Part shown: positions 36,236 to 50,072 of the stretch, in pieces
Layout: each line of letters opens with the position of its first letter
Numbering within the stretch: position 1 is the first letter of the stretch
Assembly: GCA_030390025.1 (NCBI GenBank)
Contig: CM059431.1
Location: 127,350,001 to 127,414,000 of the forward strand
DNA length: 64,000 nucleotides
Source of the DNA: Squalus acanthias
Taxonomy: Eukaryota
Direction: 5' to 3'
Program-made: the position numbers and the translations under genes
Notes under the pieces: generated by a model
What the model was told of the DNA's origin: nothing
What the model saw: the letters and a program-made list of their open reading frames with translations, nothing else
Databases searched by the model: none

Positions 36236-39153
36236 GGCCGGAATTTTCTGTACCTGGGCGGGTTGGTGTGGGTGGTCGCCATGGCGGGTCGCGACCCCAC
36301 TGCTCACTCCATTCCGCTGCTGAGAGCGACTTTCCGTTAATGGCGCCTATTAAGGCAGCCCTGCGCGTTACCCGGCCCTATTACTTGGTGTGGGTCTGAT
36401 GACATCATCGATGACGCGTTTTCAGCCGGGCTATTTAAAGGAGCCAGGGCCACATTGCATTTGCAGGTTGTTCTAGGAGTGTGCAGGCACTGTACTGCAG
36501 CATTGGAGTGTTCCAAATACTTGTACACATGACTGCACAGAGGCAGAGGGTGGCAACCACGTTCTCAGATGACTCCCTCTCTGCTTGTGGTGGGAGTGAG
36601 AGCATGCAGGGGGGTCCTCTTCCCTTCGGATGGGTGGAAGAGACCTCCCCATCAGACCAAAGGAGCCTGGCTCCAAATAGCAGAGGAGGTGAACAGCAGG
36701 GATGTGGTCAGGAGGACCTGGGTGCAGTGCCGGAAACACTTCAATGATCTCATTAGATCAGGAAAGGTGAGTACAAAACCACACTCAACTGCATCCTGCT
36801 GCATCTCTCATCACATCCCCCTCACTCTGCCTTCCCAAGCCTGCTCCTGCACATCATTACTCACACCAACATATCTTGCACATCTACCCATCCCTCTCTC
36901 TCTATCTACATTATCACATCCCCATCTTACTAACCACCCCTCACACTCATCCTCATCCTAATGCAATCATACCAACTAACAACACACAAGGAGGCCATTT
37001 GGCATTGGCACCCCACTCCGTCATAGTCTCCCTCTAAAGATGTTACCTATCCATTCCTTACACTCATTCCAACACTCTCACTCAAACTTCTCTTCTTTGC
37101 CTCCTTGCAGGAGAAGAGAGCCCACAATAAGAGGGAGAGGGAGAAACCCGGAGGTGGCCCTCCATCATTGGCCACCTTAACTGCAGCAGAGGAGGCCACC
37201 CTGGAAGTCTAAGGAGTCGCAGAGCAGCTGGAGGTGGGAGACAGAGAGAGGAAGATATCTCAGCAACCTGGTGACAGGATTACATCTCATACAGTCACAT
37301 GGCATAAAGCAGTCACTCATATGGGGACTGATGTCAGCAGCCAGAGAATGTTCATCATGTGCATAATGGTATTGTTACCCATTCTTGATATGACATTTCT
37401 AAATCAGCCCTTTACTCTTCCACAGGTCCATCAAGAGACTCCCACACTGTCCAGGAGGAAGAGGCAGACAACTCCTCAGAGGAGCCTCCAGCCTCTGATG
37501 GCGCAGCATCACCAGACATAAGTGCACCCAGCACCAGCGCAGATATGCACACCTCAGTGGGTCCCACGTGGGATAGAGTAGTGTTGTCACCTGGTGTTTC
37601 ACAAGTCACAAGTGAGCAAGAGCACATGGTGGAGACAGGGACAGCAGTGGAGACTCCTCGCTGGAGGGTGCAGGACGCTCCCAGCTCTACTCAGCTGCAT
37701 GCAGACGCTGAGCCTCAGAGGCCATCCAGAAAGAGGGTGATCCTGGAGGTGCAGCAAGAAGTGCAGGAAACTTTGACAGGTTTTGCGACCACGATGTGCA
37801 GAGAATGGAGGAGTCAATCTCCAACATGAGCACCACTGTGTCGCAGGCGATGGCGACTGTAGGCTGTTCCATGGAAAGTTTGGCCACCTGCATGGAGCAA
37901 CTAATGCGCCACTCACAGGGGCACCTGGAATCTATGGAGAATAGGTGGCTATCTATGGAGAATAGTTGGCAGACGTTCATAGACCTCCTCTCTAGGAAGG
38001 ATGTAAACATACACTTGGATCCTCATGGCCCCACTGCTGTGCAGCAAGGTGCTCTCCAACTCCTTGCTAGCAGGGAAGTGCGGGTGGCCCATGAAAGGAA
38101 TGATGGTGAGAGAGGACATGGAAGTGGGGGCTCCTCTCAAAGTGCTCACACTTCTCCCCCATTGCCTTCCCCTGAGTCAGAGCCCCACATGCCTCCTGGG
38201 ATCGCGATGGCTAAGTCTGCCCTCGTAGAGTCGCAGGAGGAGCAGACTTTGGCGGAGCCATCACAGGCTCCAAGACCCAGAGGTCAGCTGCCAAAAGGTT
38301 CTATGCAGTCACAGCAGGGAAGTGTTACCTCTGCTGAAGCCACAGGAGTAGCAACTCGTAGAAGCATAAGGGTAAGCACTTGGGTGTTTTAATAACTGTT
38401 TGTGTAAAGTTTCCATTAATGTGATGTCACAGCTAAATATTCTTATTTTCACCACTTTCCGGTCATGCTAATTGTTTCTGCAACTTTGGAAGTGGCTCAG
38501 TGAGTTGGAGTGAATGGTGAGACATAACGTTACCTTTAGCAATGGTGGTCAGTGTGAAAGGAATGGTCTGGACATTTTAGGGATGCGTTATGGTGTTGCT
38601 GCAGGGTGTTGGGAGCCTGGCGCAGCATCTGGCAGCCATATGGGTGTAATGCCTGAAGTTAAGTAAATCTGGCCATGATGAGGCCATCCCTGGCCTCCCG
38701 GGCAGCAATGTGCTCGGGTGGTGGTGGGATCTGGACCGCAGGTTCCTCCTCCTCCTCGTCTTCCACCTGATGCTCCTCCCCCTCCTGCTCCTCCTCCTCT
38801 GAAGAGGCTGTGCGCTCAGTGCCTTGCTCCTCATGCAGCGCTAATCGTCGCTGCTGTGCTCTGTTGTGCAGGGCGCAGCGGACCACGACGATTCTGGAGG
38901 CCCTGGCTGGTGCATACTGAAGGGCTCCTCCAGATCTGTGAAGACATCTGAAGCGCATTGTCAGCAGGCCTATTATCTGTTCTATGACACATCTGGTGGA
39001 AATGTGGCTTTCATCATATCTCTACTCACCCTCCAGGTTTTGTGCTGCGCTAATTTAAATTAGCAGGCTGCCTGCGCTATTATTTCGGACAGCCGTTAAC
39101 TTCGGCCCACGGTGGCACTGGCAGATTTCCGGCCTACTCCAATTTCTAGGCCC
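36236..39153. mobile_element. Internally deleted Harbinger: three-exon Myb gene (+) and transposase 3' end (-)
   Basis: Ends GGCCGGAATTTT / AATTTCTAGGCCC. Exons 36529-36766, 37111-37270 and 37426-38392. ORF 38659-38958 reads RFRCLHRSGGALQY...CALHN...ARDGLIMARF. Confidence 0.85.
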
Positions 39154-39154
39154 C

Positions 39155-40130
39155 AGAGTTACTTTCTTGGATATTTGTGAACAGCAGTGTAGGGTGAGGA
39201 TGCGCTTCACCAGGCAGGCTGTTGCTCACCTATGTAGACTGTTGAACCATGGGGCCATGCTTTGCCAGTAGCTGTCAAAGTCACCACTACCCTTATCTTG
39301 TTCGCCACAGGCTCCTTCCAGGCTGCTACAGGAAACATTACCCACATCTCCCAGTCTACAGTATACAGTTGCATCAAATAGGTCACCAATGCCCTCCTTA
39401 CCAGAGCAAATCAGTAAATTACCTTTGTGGTGGACGCTAGAAGCCAGAATGAGAAGACTCTGAGATTTGCAGCAGTGGCTGCCTTACTTCATGTCCAGGG
39501 CATAATAGACTGCACCCATGTAGCTGTGAGGCCACCAGAAGACAAACCAGCGGCTTATGTTAACAGAAAGTGCTTCCATTCCATCAATGTTCAACTAGTG
39601 TCTGATCACTGCAGAAGGAAAATGCAAGTCTGCACCAGTTTGTTGGCAGTTGCCATAATGCTTCCATCACTGCCTCCCCCCCACCACCCCCCACCACCCA
39701 ATTTTCCACCTATCCAGGAGCATAAGAGGATAGCTGCAAGGGACAAGGGATACCCCCACCACAAGTGGCTGGTGACATCAATCCGCAACACCGCCACACC
39801 TTAACAACACAGGTACAATGAGAGCCATGGGACCACCAGAAAGCTCATAGAGCATACTATTGTCATTTTGAGGCAAAGGTTCGGGTCACTTGATTGTTCT
39901 GCGGGCTCCCTACAATATGGCCCAGATGAATTTGGCCACGTCATTGTAGTTTTTTGCATTCTACGCAAGCTGGCAAAAAGCTAAGGAGCTGAACGACACA
40001 CAGTAACAAGAAGAGGCATGATCAGATGATGGAGAATTGGATAAAGGTGAGGGAGAACCACAAGAAGGAGGGGCAGGATAATGCATTGCAGCTAGAGAGA
40101 CCCACAGTATATCCACTTATGGGTCAGCTG
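39155..40130 (+). pseudogene. Decayed Harbinger (HARBI1-like DDE_Tnp_4) transposase
   Basis: VQGIIDCTHV, YVNRKCFHSINVQLV, RDKGYP and TRKLIEHTI motifs with stops and deletions. Confidence 0.85.
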
Positions 40131-40204
40131 CAAGAAAATTAATTTTGCTATTCCTCTAGTTTGGAAACTCACATAGAATCAAAAACATTCCCAGTGTCTA
40201 ATGT

Positions 40205-41499
40205 TACAAAAGGTAAATCATGCTTGACTAATCTACTGGAATTTTTTGAGGATGTAACTGGTAGAATAGATAAGGGAGAACCAGTGGATGTGGTGTATTT
40301 GGACTTTCAGAAGGCTTTCGATAAGGTCCCACATAAGAGATTGGCGTGCAAAGTTAAAGCACATGGGATTGGGGGTAAGGTACTGACTTGGATAGAGAAC
40401 TGGTTGGCAGACAGGAAGCAAAGAGTTGGAATAAACAGGTCTTTTTCCGAGTGGCAGGCAGTGACTAGTGGGGTACCGCAGGGATCGGTGCTAGGACCCC
40501 AGTTATTCACAATATATATTAATGATCTAGATGAGGGAACTAGATGTAATATCTCCAAGTTTGCAGATGACACAAAGCTGGGTGGGCGTGTGTGTTGTAA
40601 GGAGGATGCAGAGAAACTCCAGTATGATTTGGACAAGTTGGGTGATTGGGCAGATGCATGGCAGATGCAGTATAATGTGGATAAATGCGAGGTTATCCAC
40701 TTTTGTGGCAAAAACAGGAAGGCAGATTATTATCTGAATGGCAATAGATTGGGAAAAGGGGAAGTGCAACGAGACCTGGGTGTCCTTGTGCACCAGTCGT
40801 TGAAGGTAAGCATGCAGGTGCAGAAGGCGGTTAAGAAGGCAAATGGTACGTTGGCCTTCATAGTGGGAGGATTCGAGTACAGGAGCAAGGATGTCTTGCT
40901 GCAGTTGTACAGGGCCTTGGTGAGACCACACCTTGAGTATTGTGTGCAGTTTTGGTCGCCTTATCTGAGGAAGGATGTTCTTGCCATGGAGGGAGTGCAG
41001 AGAAGATTCACCAGACTGATACCTGGGATGGCAGGAATGACGTATGAAGAGAGATTGGGACGATTGGGCTTGTATTCGCTAGAGTTTAGAAGAATGAGAG
41101 GGGATCTCATTGAAACTTATAAAATTCTAACAGGACTAGACAGACTAGATGCAGGAAGGATGTTCCCGATGGCGGGGGAGTCCAGAACCAGGGGTCACAG
41201 TCTAAGGATAAGGGGTAAGCCATTTAGGACTGAGATGAGGAGGAATTTCTTCACCCAGAGAGTGGTGAACCTGTGGAATTCTCTACCACACAAGGCAGTT
41301 GAGGCCAATTCATTCAATATATTCAAGAAGGAGTTAGATATATTTCTTAAGGCTAAAGGGATCAAGGGATATGGGGAGAAAGCAGGGACAGGGTACTGAA
41401 TTTGGATGATCAGCCATGATCTCATTAAATGGCGGAGCAGGCTCGAGGGGCCAAATGACCTACTCCTGCTCCTATCTTCTATGTTTCTATGTTTCTATG
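40205..41499 (+). mobile_element. Young CR1 LINE, 5'-truncated
   Basis: Open ORF to 41399 with FADD. (TTTCTATG)n tail. Confidence 0.95.
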
Positions 41500-41919
41500 A
41501 CAGTAGTTGGTGAAAACAGATCAAATACCCATTGTCCTTCAAGTAACTTTAATTCAGTTATCACCTAGAATAATGTTTTTCTATCCTGACTATCAACACC
41601 ATTCATGTAAACAACTTGTTGTTCATTAAAAATATTGAAGGACAAGGACAGTGCTGTATATTGGCTATTTCCCAGTCCTAAAGACAAAGGAACTTTTTAT
41701 CAAGCCACAAGTATCTGAAGCCAAATTTTAATACACCCTGTCTAGCAAAAGTCCTATGAAAAATGTAACAGATCCCTTCAATGATATTGCAGTTTTTATG
41801 AATCAGTAAATAATGGTGATGGCTTCCTTCGAGTTTTATGGTGGGGTTCCTTGATTTTAAATTCTACATGTTGTGTCACTGAATTATTCAGTGTGAGTTT
41901 AAATGTAGGTTGAAAGTAG

Positions 41920-43555
41920 TTATGGAGAGGGACAAAAGGTGAAATTACCCAACTGGAAGAGAGCCAGTTTCAGTGATTTTAGAAGGGATCTGGTCCATGT
42001 GGACTGGAAGCAAAGATTGTCCAAAAAACAATAAATGAGCAATGGCCTTAGAGACAGAGATACTTTGGGTACAAACCAAGTATATTCCCAGAAGGAGAAA
42101 GATGGGGCATCCAAAGCTGGAGCTCCCTGAATGACAAAGGAAATAGAGGTTAAAATAAAACAGGAAAGGATTGTTTATGACAAATGTCAGGTACAGAATA
42201 CAGTCATAAACTTGGCAGAATAGATAGCGTGCTGGGGGAAATTGAAAAAGGATATAAGAAGGGCAAAGAAAGAGTATCAGAAAAGATTAGCAGGTAACAT
42301 AAAGGGAACATAAAAATATTTTATAAACATATAAAAAGTAAAAGGCTAGTTAAATGAATGGTAGGACCGATTAGGAACAAAAAAGGAAATTGTCTTGTGG
42401 AAGCAGAGGGCATGACTGAGGTACTGAATGAGTCTTCACAAAAGAAGAGGATGAAGTTAATGTGTGTAGAGGAGTAGGAAGTAGAGATATTGGATAGGAT
42501 AACAATAGATAGAAAGGGAGTGCTAAATAAGTTGGCATCACTCAAAGTTAACAAGTCACCCGATCCAGATGGGATGCATCCTAAGTTGTTGAGGGAAGCG
42601 AGGATGGAGATAGCAGAAGCTCTGACCACAATCTTTCAATTCTCCTTGGATATGGGAGTGGTGGCAGAGGACATGTAGGATTGAAAATGCTACACCCCTG
42701 TTCAAAAAAGGGGAGAGGGATAAAGCAGGTAACTACAGGTCAATCAGTTTAACGTCAGTCGTTGGAAAACTACTAGAGACCACTGCCAAGGACAAAACTA
42801 ATTTTCATTGTCGGAAGCATGAGTTAATAGGGGACAGCCAGCACAGATTTGTTAAAGGCAAATTATGTCTGACTAACCTGATTGAGTTCTTTGATGAAGT
42901 AACAGAAAGGATTGATGAAGGTAATGTAGTAGATGTTGTTTATATGGACTTTCAAAAGGCATTTGATAAAGTATCATATAACAGGCTTATTCTGAAAATA
43001 GAAGCACGGTGGTAACTTAGCTATGTAATTGGTTAAGGGACAGGAGGCAGAGAGTAGTGGTGAACAAATGTTTTTATGACTGGAGAGAAGTATGCAGTGG
43101 GGGTCCCCCAGGGGTCAATATTAGGAGCATTGCTATTTTTATTATATACAAATGGCCTGGACTTGAGTATAGGGAGTACAATTTTGAAGTTTGTGGATGA
43201 TACAAAACTTGGCAATGTAGTAATAAGTGAGCAGGTTTGTAGCAGAGTTCAGGAGGACATATAGACTGGTGAAACAGGCAGACACATGGCAGATGCAATT
43301 TAATGTGGAAAAGTGTGAAGTGATGCACTTTGGGAGAAACAACATGGAGAGGCAGTATAATCTAAATGGTACTATTTTGAGAGGGGTGCAAGAGCAGAGG
43401 GACATCTTCACAAATCCTTGAAGGTGGCAGGGCAAGCTGATAAAGCAGTTAAGAAAGCATATGGGATAATTGGCTTTGTAAATAGAGGCATTGAATACAA
43501 AAACAAGGAAGGCATGATGGGCCGAATGGCACCCTCCTGTGCTGTAAGATTCTAT
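41920..43555 (+). mobile_element. Old CR1 LINE with internal deletion before the tail
   Basis: KSPDPDGMHP, GVPQGSILG and KFVDDTKL motifs. Jumps from EYKNKE directly to the terminal GATGGGCCGAATGG...GATTCTATG. Confidence 0.9.
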
Positions 43556-44262
43556 GGGCTGAGTTTTAATAGGGAAGGTGGGTTGAGGGCAGGGGGGCTC
43601 CGAGCCAGTCACGAATCCGGGAGGACGGGTTTACCGCAGGCTCTGCCGACTTTAATGGCAGGGCCTGATTTGAATGGGAAGCCTCTCTTTCCCACCTGCA
43701 GCCGGCCAGATTGAGATGCTGGCTGGCTCCAGGTGGGTAGGCCTGTGGCACTAGGCCGCACCGAGGAGGGATGGGGGGGATCACGTGGGGGTCGTGCTGG
43801 GAGAAAGTCAAGGGGTTGGGGGCCGGGAGAAGATCATGGAGGGGGGATGTGGGGTGGCGGCGGGGAGGGAGGGTGTTTCAGGGGCCGGGAGAACAGAAAA
43901 ATGGCATAAATCTATCACAGAAATAAAATAGCACTTTTTTTGCCAGGATGCACAGTCCCCTGATCAGTGCCCCACCCCGCCCCCCCCACCCCCCCCCCCC
44001 GATCTTCTCCCGGCCCTCTACCCCTCCCCCCCTCCGATCTTCTCCCGGCCCTCTACCCCTCCCCCAACCCCCCCTCCGATTCTCTCCTGGTCTTCCTCCC
44101 CTCCCCCCCTCCGACATTTTCCCGGCCTTCTACCCACCACCCCCCCCCCGCAACCGATCTACTCCCGGCCCCCAATCCCCCCCAATCTCCCTAAACCGCC
44201 ACCACCCCCCCACCCACCCCAATCTTCTCCCCACCCCCATCCCCACCCCCGATCTTCTCACA
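43556..44262. repeat. Harbinger-like left end followed by G-rich and C-rich inverted minisatellite
   Basis: Starts GGGCTGAGTTTT. GGGCCGGGAGAAGATC at about 43820 faces several CCCGATCTTCTCCCGGCCC-like units at 43998-44260. Confidence 0.65.
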
Positions 44263-44328
44263 TGGAGGAACCCTGGAGGAACTATTGGATGAAATTGAAT
44301 CATTGAATTTGCACTCAGCTGAGGACAA

Positions 44329-44504
44329 GGGGTAATTTTGACTTTGCGAAATGGGTGGTAGCGAATCGGCAGCCCCTTTTACATCTCTCTTTACATTTTT
44401 ATTTCTATTGAAATCAATAGAATGAAAATCGGGAGTGATGTAAAACTGACTGCCGGTTTGCTATCACTTGTTTTACATGACCACACAAAGTCAAAATCTA
44501 CCCC
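44329..44504. mobile_element. Hairpin MITE related to 9207-9377
   Basis: TIR GGGGTAATTTTGACTTTG / CAAAGTCAAAATCTACCCC. Central TTCTATTGAAATCAATAGAA palindrome. Confidence 0.8.
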
Positions 44505-47217
44505 AAGGTGCTTCTCCACAGGGAAGGAGGAAAAATTGGATGGGGCTCAACTAAGGGTCGAGTCATTTATTCCGAGTGGCTGATTACAGAGCAGTAGGTC
44601 AGAGAGTTCACCAGCCTGCTTTATTATTTGGGCAATAATCGTCTAATAATCATCATAATCATGCAAGGCGCAGGAGAAATGTGCAAAGGAAGACAAAAAT
44701 GACTCTCTTTTGTCCGTGCGTAATTAATGCAGATTAGAAGCTATTAATATCCTTTTACCAGGCCTACCATGTTTAGAAAACCTGTGTATAATGGATATTG
44801 CTTCCACTGTGACCTTATTCGGCACAATATCCTCCACTCTCACTATTCCCCATTAAAAAAGCCAAAGGCTGTTCTCCACATCGTTGTTTGGTAATCTCAG
44901 ATCACACTGTTATATGAATTTAGTAACTGAGAGTACATTGTCACAAAATGAAATATTAGCAAAAAATAAAACTATACGAATAAAGGCTCTGAATATTTTT
45001 GTGGAAATAATAAAACTTAGTGCAATGTTTATGCAAATACATTTTTTAATTATTTGAAATCTGGTTTTGCAGACCAAGACAAGTGACTATCTCTTTTCAA
45101 ACTTGATACTTTATTGAACTGAAACATATCAGTTTTGCCATCTACAGTGTAGACACAATGGATGTGCCAATCACAAATATAATATTGCAAGAATGGTAAT
45201 GTTAAAATCTAATGAGATTTCTCCAGTCCAATTCTTTGTGGAATTCTAGATTCTAATCTAATTCCTTACAATACAAATTCTTTTGATAAATAATAAAACA
45301 TTACAGTACAATTCCCAAACATGACCATTTTAGAAAATAATTAAAAAAAATATTGATATTGACATTTCAGGTAACTTTACGAAGTGTGACTTATCTAATT
45401 ATCTTACTGTTGGCCAGAGTGCTGAGCTGTAATTAAAAATGTCTCTTGCGGTTTTCACAGATTGGAGTGTGGCCTTTCATTCTGTTGCTCATTGTGCACA
45501 AGCTGATTATTCATGCTCAGATCATTCGTTAGTTTGTGACAGTTGTGTAGAGTAGCTGCAGTGAGTTTTTATTTTGACTCGCATTAATTGGTAATTTTCC
45601 AATTGATCAAAGAATTGTTAAAATGTTTACTTATAGAAGAAGGTGTTAGTTGCCCAGCAGGTACATGAAACAATGCATTACTTTGACTGTTTGAAAGAGA
45701 TAGATGCAGATAAAAATACAATTAAAGTTTTTCAGTTTTGTACAGTGGGATATTAACAATCGATGGTCTGACAAAATTTCAGGAATCCATTCAACTGGTG
45801 CAGGAGATTTTACATCTGTAATTCTCCTCCTTCTCCCTGATGGACACGTTGGGACTCTCTGGTGGATAGATTGGTTAATATTCCCATGTAGTTACTTATT
45901 TTAAAGCCTACACAGCCACTAAAAGTTGACTGATATTGTTCTTCGCCATTGCACACTATTTGGAATGTTGATGGACATTTTGGCCTATATATTACTAATC
46001 TGCATTGTTAGTGCAGTCTGAAAGACAACCCCTTTTTAGGTTGGCATTTACGCTTGAAGAACAGCCTAATGAACCAACATTCTCTCCTATCTGCCTCTAG
46101 GTATTCAGTGTACTTTCAGTGGACAATGCTCTGGTGTTCGCATTTATTTATTGATAAATGAGCTCTCGGGATTTAATTTTTAACTGTCATTTTGCCACTT
46201 TCTGTTAAATTGAAGTATGGCCAATACTCCTCAGTAGAGAAATGTCCTCACATTGTGTGTGGGAAGTCTTTTGTACTCTGTATATAGATAAGACGAACCA
46301 ATCATTGGTTTATTACATTTTAGGACACTTTCCAATGCTCCATACAGAAAATCTGTACTCGTCATTACATCCTTACAATGACTTGAAGTGCATCAACTGA
46401 AAAAGTTAATATGGCTTCCGTTCCAGGTCATTAGAATATTCTTCATGCTTTCTTTGCATTTTCACATTTAGCCACAATCCCCTTGACAACCACAGGTCAA
46501 CTTATTCTGATTTGTCTGTATTTAACCCTTTTCCAATTACACAGTTACTACAGCTTAAGGTTTCATATAACTGCTCAGAGTGTCAAGTGTTGGAGCAAGA
46601 CAGCATTATAGACGTTTCAGTACAGAGGTAATGCGGATTTTAAATGGATAAAAGTCCTGCCAGTTGTGACAGCGACTCTTTCTTTAACATTAACTACAAA
46701 CACTGCAGACTTTACACCTTAGAGTTATTTAATATAATAAATCTATTTATATCTATGTATATATTCAAAGTCTTGCACATAGCACCACACACATCCATAG
46801 GAAGATAGGAACAGGAGTAGGCCATTCAGCCTCTCAAGCCTGTTCTGTCTTTCAATGAGATCATAGGTGATCTGTATTCTATCTCTAACCATCCACCTTG
46901 GCTCCATGTCCCTTAATACCCTTGGCTAGGAAAAATCTATTGATCTCAGATTTTAAATTATTAATTGAGCTAGCATCTACTGCTTTTTGTGGGAGAGAGT
47001 TCCACACTTCTACTACCCTTTACATGAAGAAGTGTTTCCTAACTTCTCTCCTGAATGGCCTGGCTCTGATTTTAAGGTTATGTCCCCTTCTCCTAGACTC
47101 CCTGACAAGTGGAAAATGTGTCTTTGTATCTACCCTATCAATTCCTTTCAAAATCCTAAAAACCTCAATCAAATCACCCCTTAACCTTATATATGCCGGT
47201 GAATACAAGCCTAGCTT

Positions 47218-49866
47218 ATAAGAACATAAGAACATAAGAAATAGGAGCAGGAGTAGGCCAATCGGCCCCTCGAGCCTGCTCCGCCATTCAATAAGATCAT
47301 GGCTGATCTGATCCTAACCTCAAATCTAAAGAACACAAGAAGTAGGAGCAGGACCCGGCCACTCAGCCCCTGGGCCCGCTCCGCCACCCACAGGGCCTTG
47401 ACCGATCCGAACTCAGCCTCATGTCAAATTTCCTGCCCACTCACCGTAACCCCTAATTCCCTTTACCTCTAGGAAACTATCTATTTCTGTTTTAAATTTA
47501 TTTAATGATGTAGCTTCCACAGATTCCTGGGGCAGCAAATTCCACAGACCTACTACCCTCTGGGTGAACAAGTTTCTCCTCATCTCAGTTTTGAAAGAGC
47601 AGCCCCTTATTCTAAGATTATGCCCCCTAGTTCTAGGTTCATCCATCCTTGGGAACATCCTTACCGCATCCACCCGATCAAGCCCCTTCACAATCTTATA
47701 TGTTTCAATAAGATCGCCTCTCATTCTTCTGAACTCCAATGAGTAGAGTCCCAATCTACTCAACCTCTCCTCATATGTCCACCCCCTCATCCCCAGGATT
47801 AACCAAGTGAACCTTCTTTGTACCTCCTCGAGAGCAAGTATGTCTTTCCTTAAGTATGGACACCAAAACTGTATGCAGTATTCCAGGTGCAGTCTCACCG
47901 ATACCTTATATAACTGCAGCAATACCTCCCTGTTTTTATAATCTAACCCCCTAGCAATAAAAGCCAACATTGCGTTGGCCTTCTTGATCACCTGCTGCAC
48001 CTGCATACTAACTTTTTGATTTTCTTGCACTAGGACCCCCAGATCCCTTTGTACTGCAGTACTTTCCAGTTTCTCGCCATTAAGATAATAACTTGCTCTC
48101 TGATTTTTCCTGCCAAAGTGCATAACCTCACATTTTCCAATATTGTATTGCATCTGCCAAATCTCCGCCCACTCACCCAGCCTGTCTATATCCCCTTGTA
48201 GGTTTTTTATGTCCTCCTCACTTTCTACTTTCCCTCCCATCTTTGTATCATCTGCAAACTTTGATATGTTACACTCGGTCCCCTCCTCCAAATCGTTAAT
48301 ATAGATTGTAAAGAGTTGGGGACCCAGCACCGACCCCTGCGGAACACCACTGGCTACTGGTTGCCAGTCCGAGAGTGAACCATTTATCCCAACTCTCTGC
48401 TTCCTGTTAGATAACCAATCCTCCACCCATGCCAGAATACTACCCCCAATCCAGTGATTTTTTATCTTGAGCAATAATCTTTTATGTGGCATCTTGTCGA
48501 ATGCCTTCTGGAAGTCTAAATACACTACGTCCACTGGTTCCCCTTTATCCACCCTGTACGTTATGTCCTCAAAGAACTCAAGCAAATTTGTCAGACATGA
48601 CTTCCCCTTCATAAAGCCATGCTGACTTTGTCCTATTAAATTATGTTTATCTAAATGTTCCGTTACTGTCTCCTTAATAATAGACTCCAAAATTTTACCC
48701 ACCACAGATGTTAGGCTAACTGGTCTATAATTTCCAGCCTTCTGCCTACTACCCTTTTTAAATAAGGGTGTTACATTAGCAGTTTTCCAATCTGCCGGGA
48801 CCTTTGCTGAGTCCAGGGAATTTTGGAAAATTATTACCAAAGCATCCACAATCCCTACTGCCACTTCCCTCAAGACCCTAGGATGTAAGCCATCAGGTCC
48901 AGGGGATTTATTCACCTTGAGTCCCATTATTTTACTGAGTACCAATTCCTTAGTGATTTTAATCGTATTTAGCTCCTCCCCCCCAGAGCCCCCTGTTTGT
49001 CCAGTGTTGGGATATTCTTAGTGTCCTCTACCGTAAAGACTGAAACAAAATATTTGTTCAGCATTTTTGCCATCTCCATGTTTCCCACCATTAATTTCCC
49101 GGTCTCATCCTCTAAGGGACCTACGTTTGCCTTAGCCACCCTTTTTCTTTTTATATAACTATAGAAACTCTTGCTATCTGTTTTTATATTTTTTGCTAAT
49201 TTATTTTCATAATCTATCTTCCCTTTCTTAATCAATCCTTTAGTTACTTTTTGCTATCTTTTGAAGACTTCCCAATCTTCTATCCTCCCACTAAGTTTGG
49301 CTACCTTATATGTCCTTGTATTTAGTCGGATACTATCCTTAATTTCTTTACTTAGCCACGGATGGCTGTCATTTTTTTTACACCCTTTTTTCCTCAGTGG
49401 AATATATATTTTTTGAAAGTTGTAAAATAACTCCTTAAATGACCACTGCTCATGTACCGTCTTACCCTTTAATCTATTTTCCCAGTCCACTTTAATCAAT
49501 TCTGCTCTCATACCATCATATTCTCCTTTATTCAAGTTCAGTACGCTTATTTGAGAACCAACCTTCTCACCCTCTAATTGGATATGGAATTCAACCATGT
49601 TATGGTCACTCATCCTTAACTAGGACATTATTAATTAATCCTGACTCATTACACAGGACCAGGTCCAAGGTTGCTTGCCCCCTTGTAGGATCAGTTACAT
49701 ACTGCTCAAGAAATCCATCCCTAATACACTCAATAAACTCTTCCTCAAGGCTGCCCTGCCCAATTTGATTTGTCCAGTTAATATGATAGTTAAAATCCCC
49801 CATAATTATAGCTGTTCCCTTATTACATGCCCCAACTATTTCCTGATTAATACTTCTTCCAGCAGA
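47218..49866 (-). mobile_element. Young CR1 LINE, longest copy (EN C-terminus plus RT)
   Basis: ORFs 49606-49881 (IIMGDFN, TLDLVL), 49254-49613 (SDH), 48969-49235 and 47419-48945 (508 aa, FADD). Same subfamily as 31008-32620. Confidence 0.95.
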
Positions 49867-50072
49867 GTGAGCTCTTCTCATAATCTAACCCTTTGAGCCC
49901 TGATAACATCTGGTGAATCTGCGCTGCACTCCTTCAAAGGCTAGTATATCCTTCTAAGGTGCAGTGCCCAAATCTGTACACAATACACCAGATGTGGTCT
50001 AACCAGGGCTTTGTATAGCCGTAGCAAAACTTCCTCCCATTTATATTCTAGCCCTCTAGTTATAAAGACTAA

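Noticed and set aside
45461..45560. Candidate exon (CACAG...GTGAGT)
   Set aside because: All three frames contain stops.
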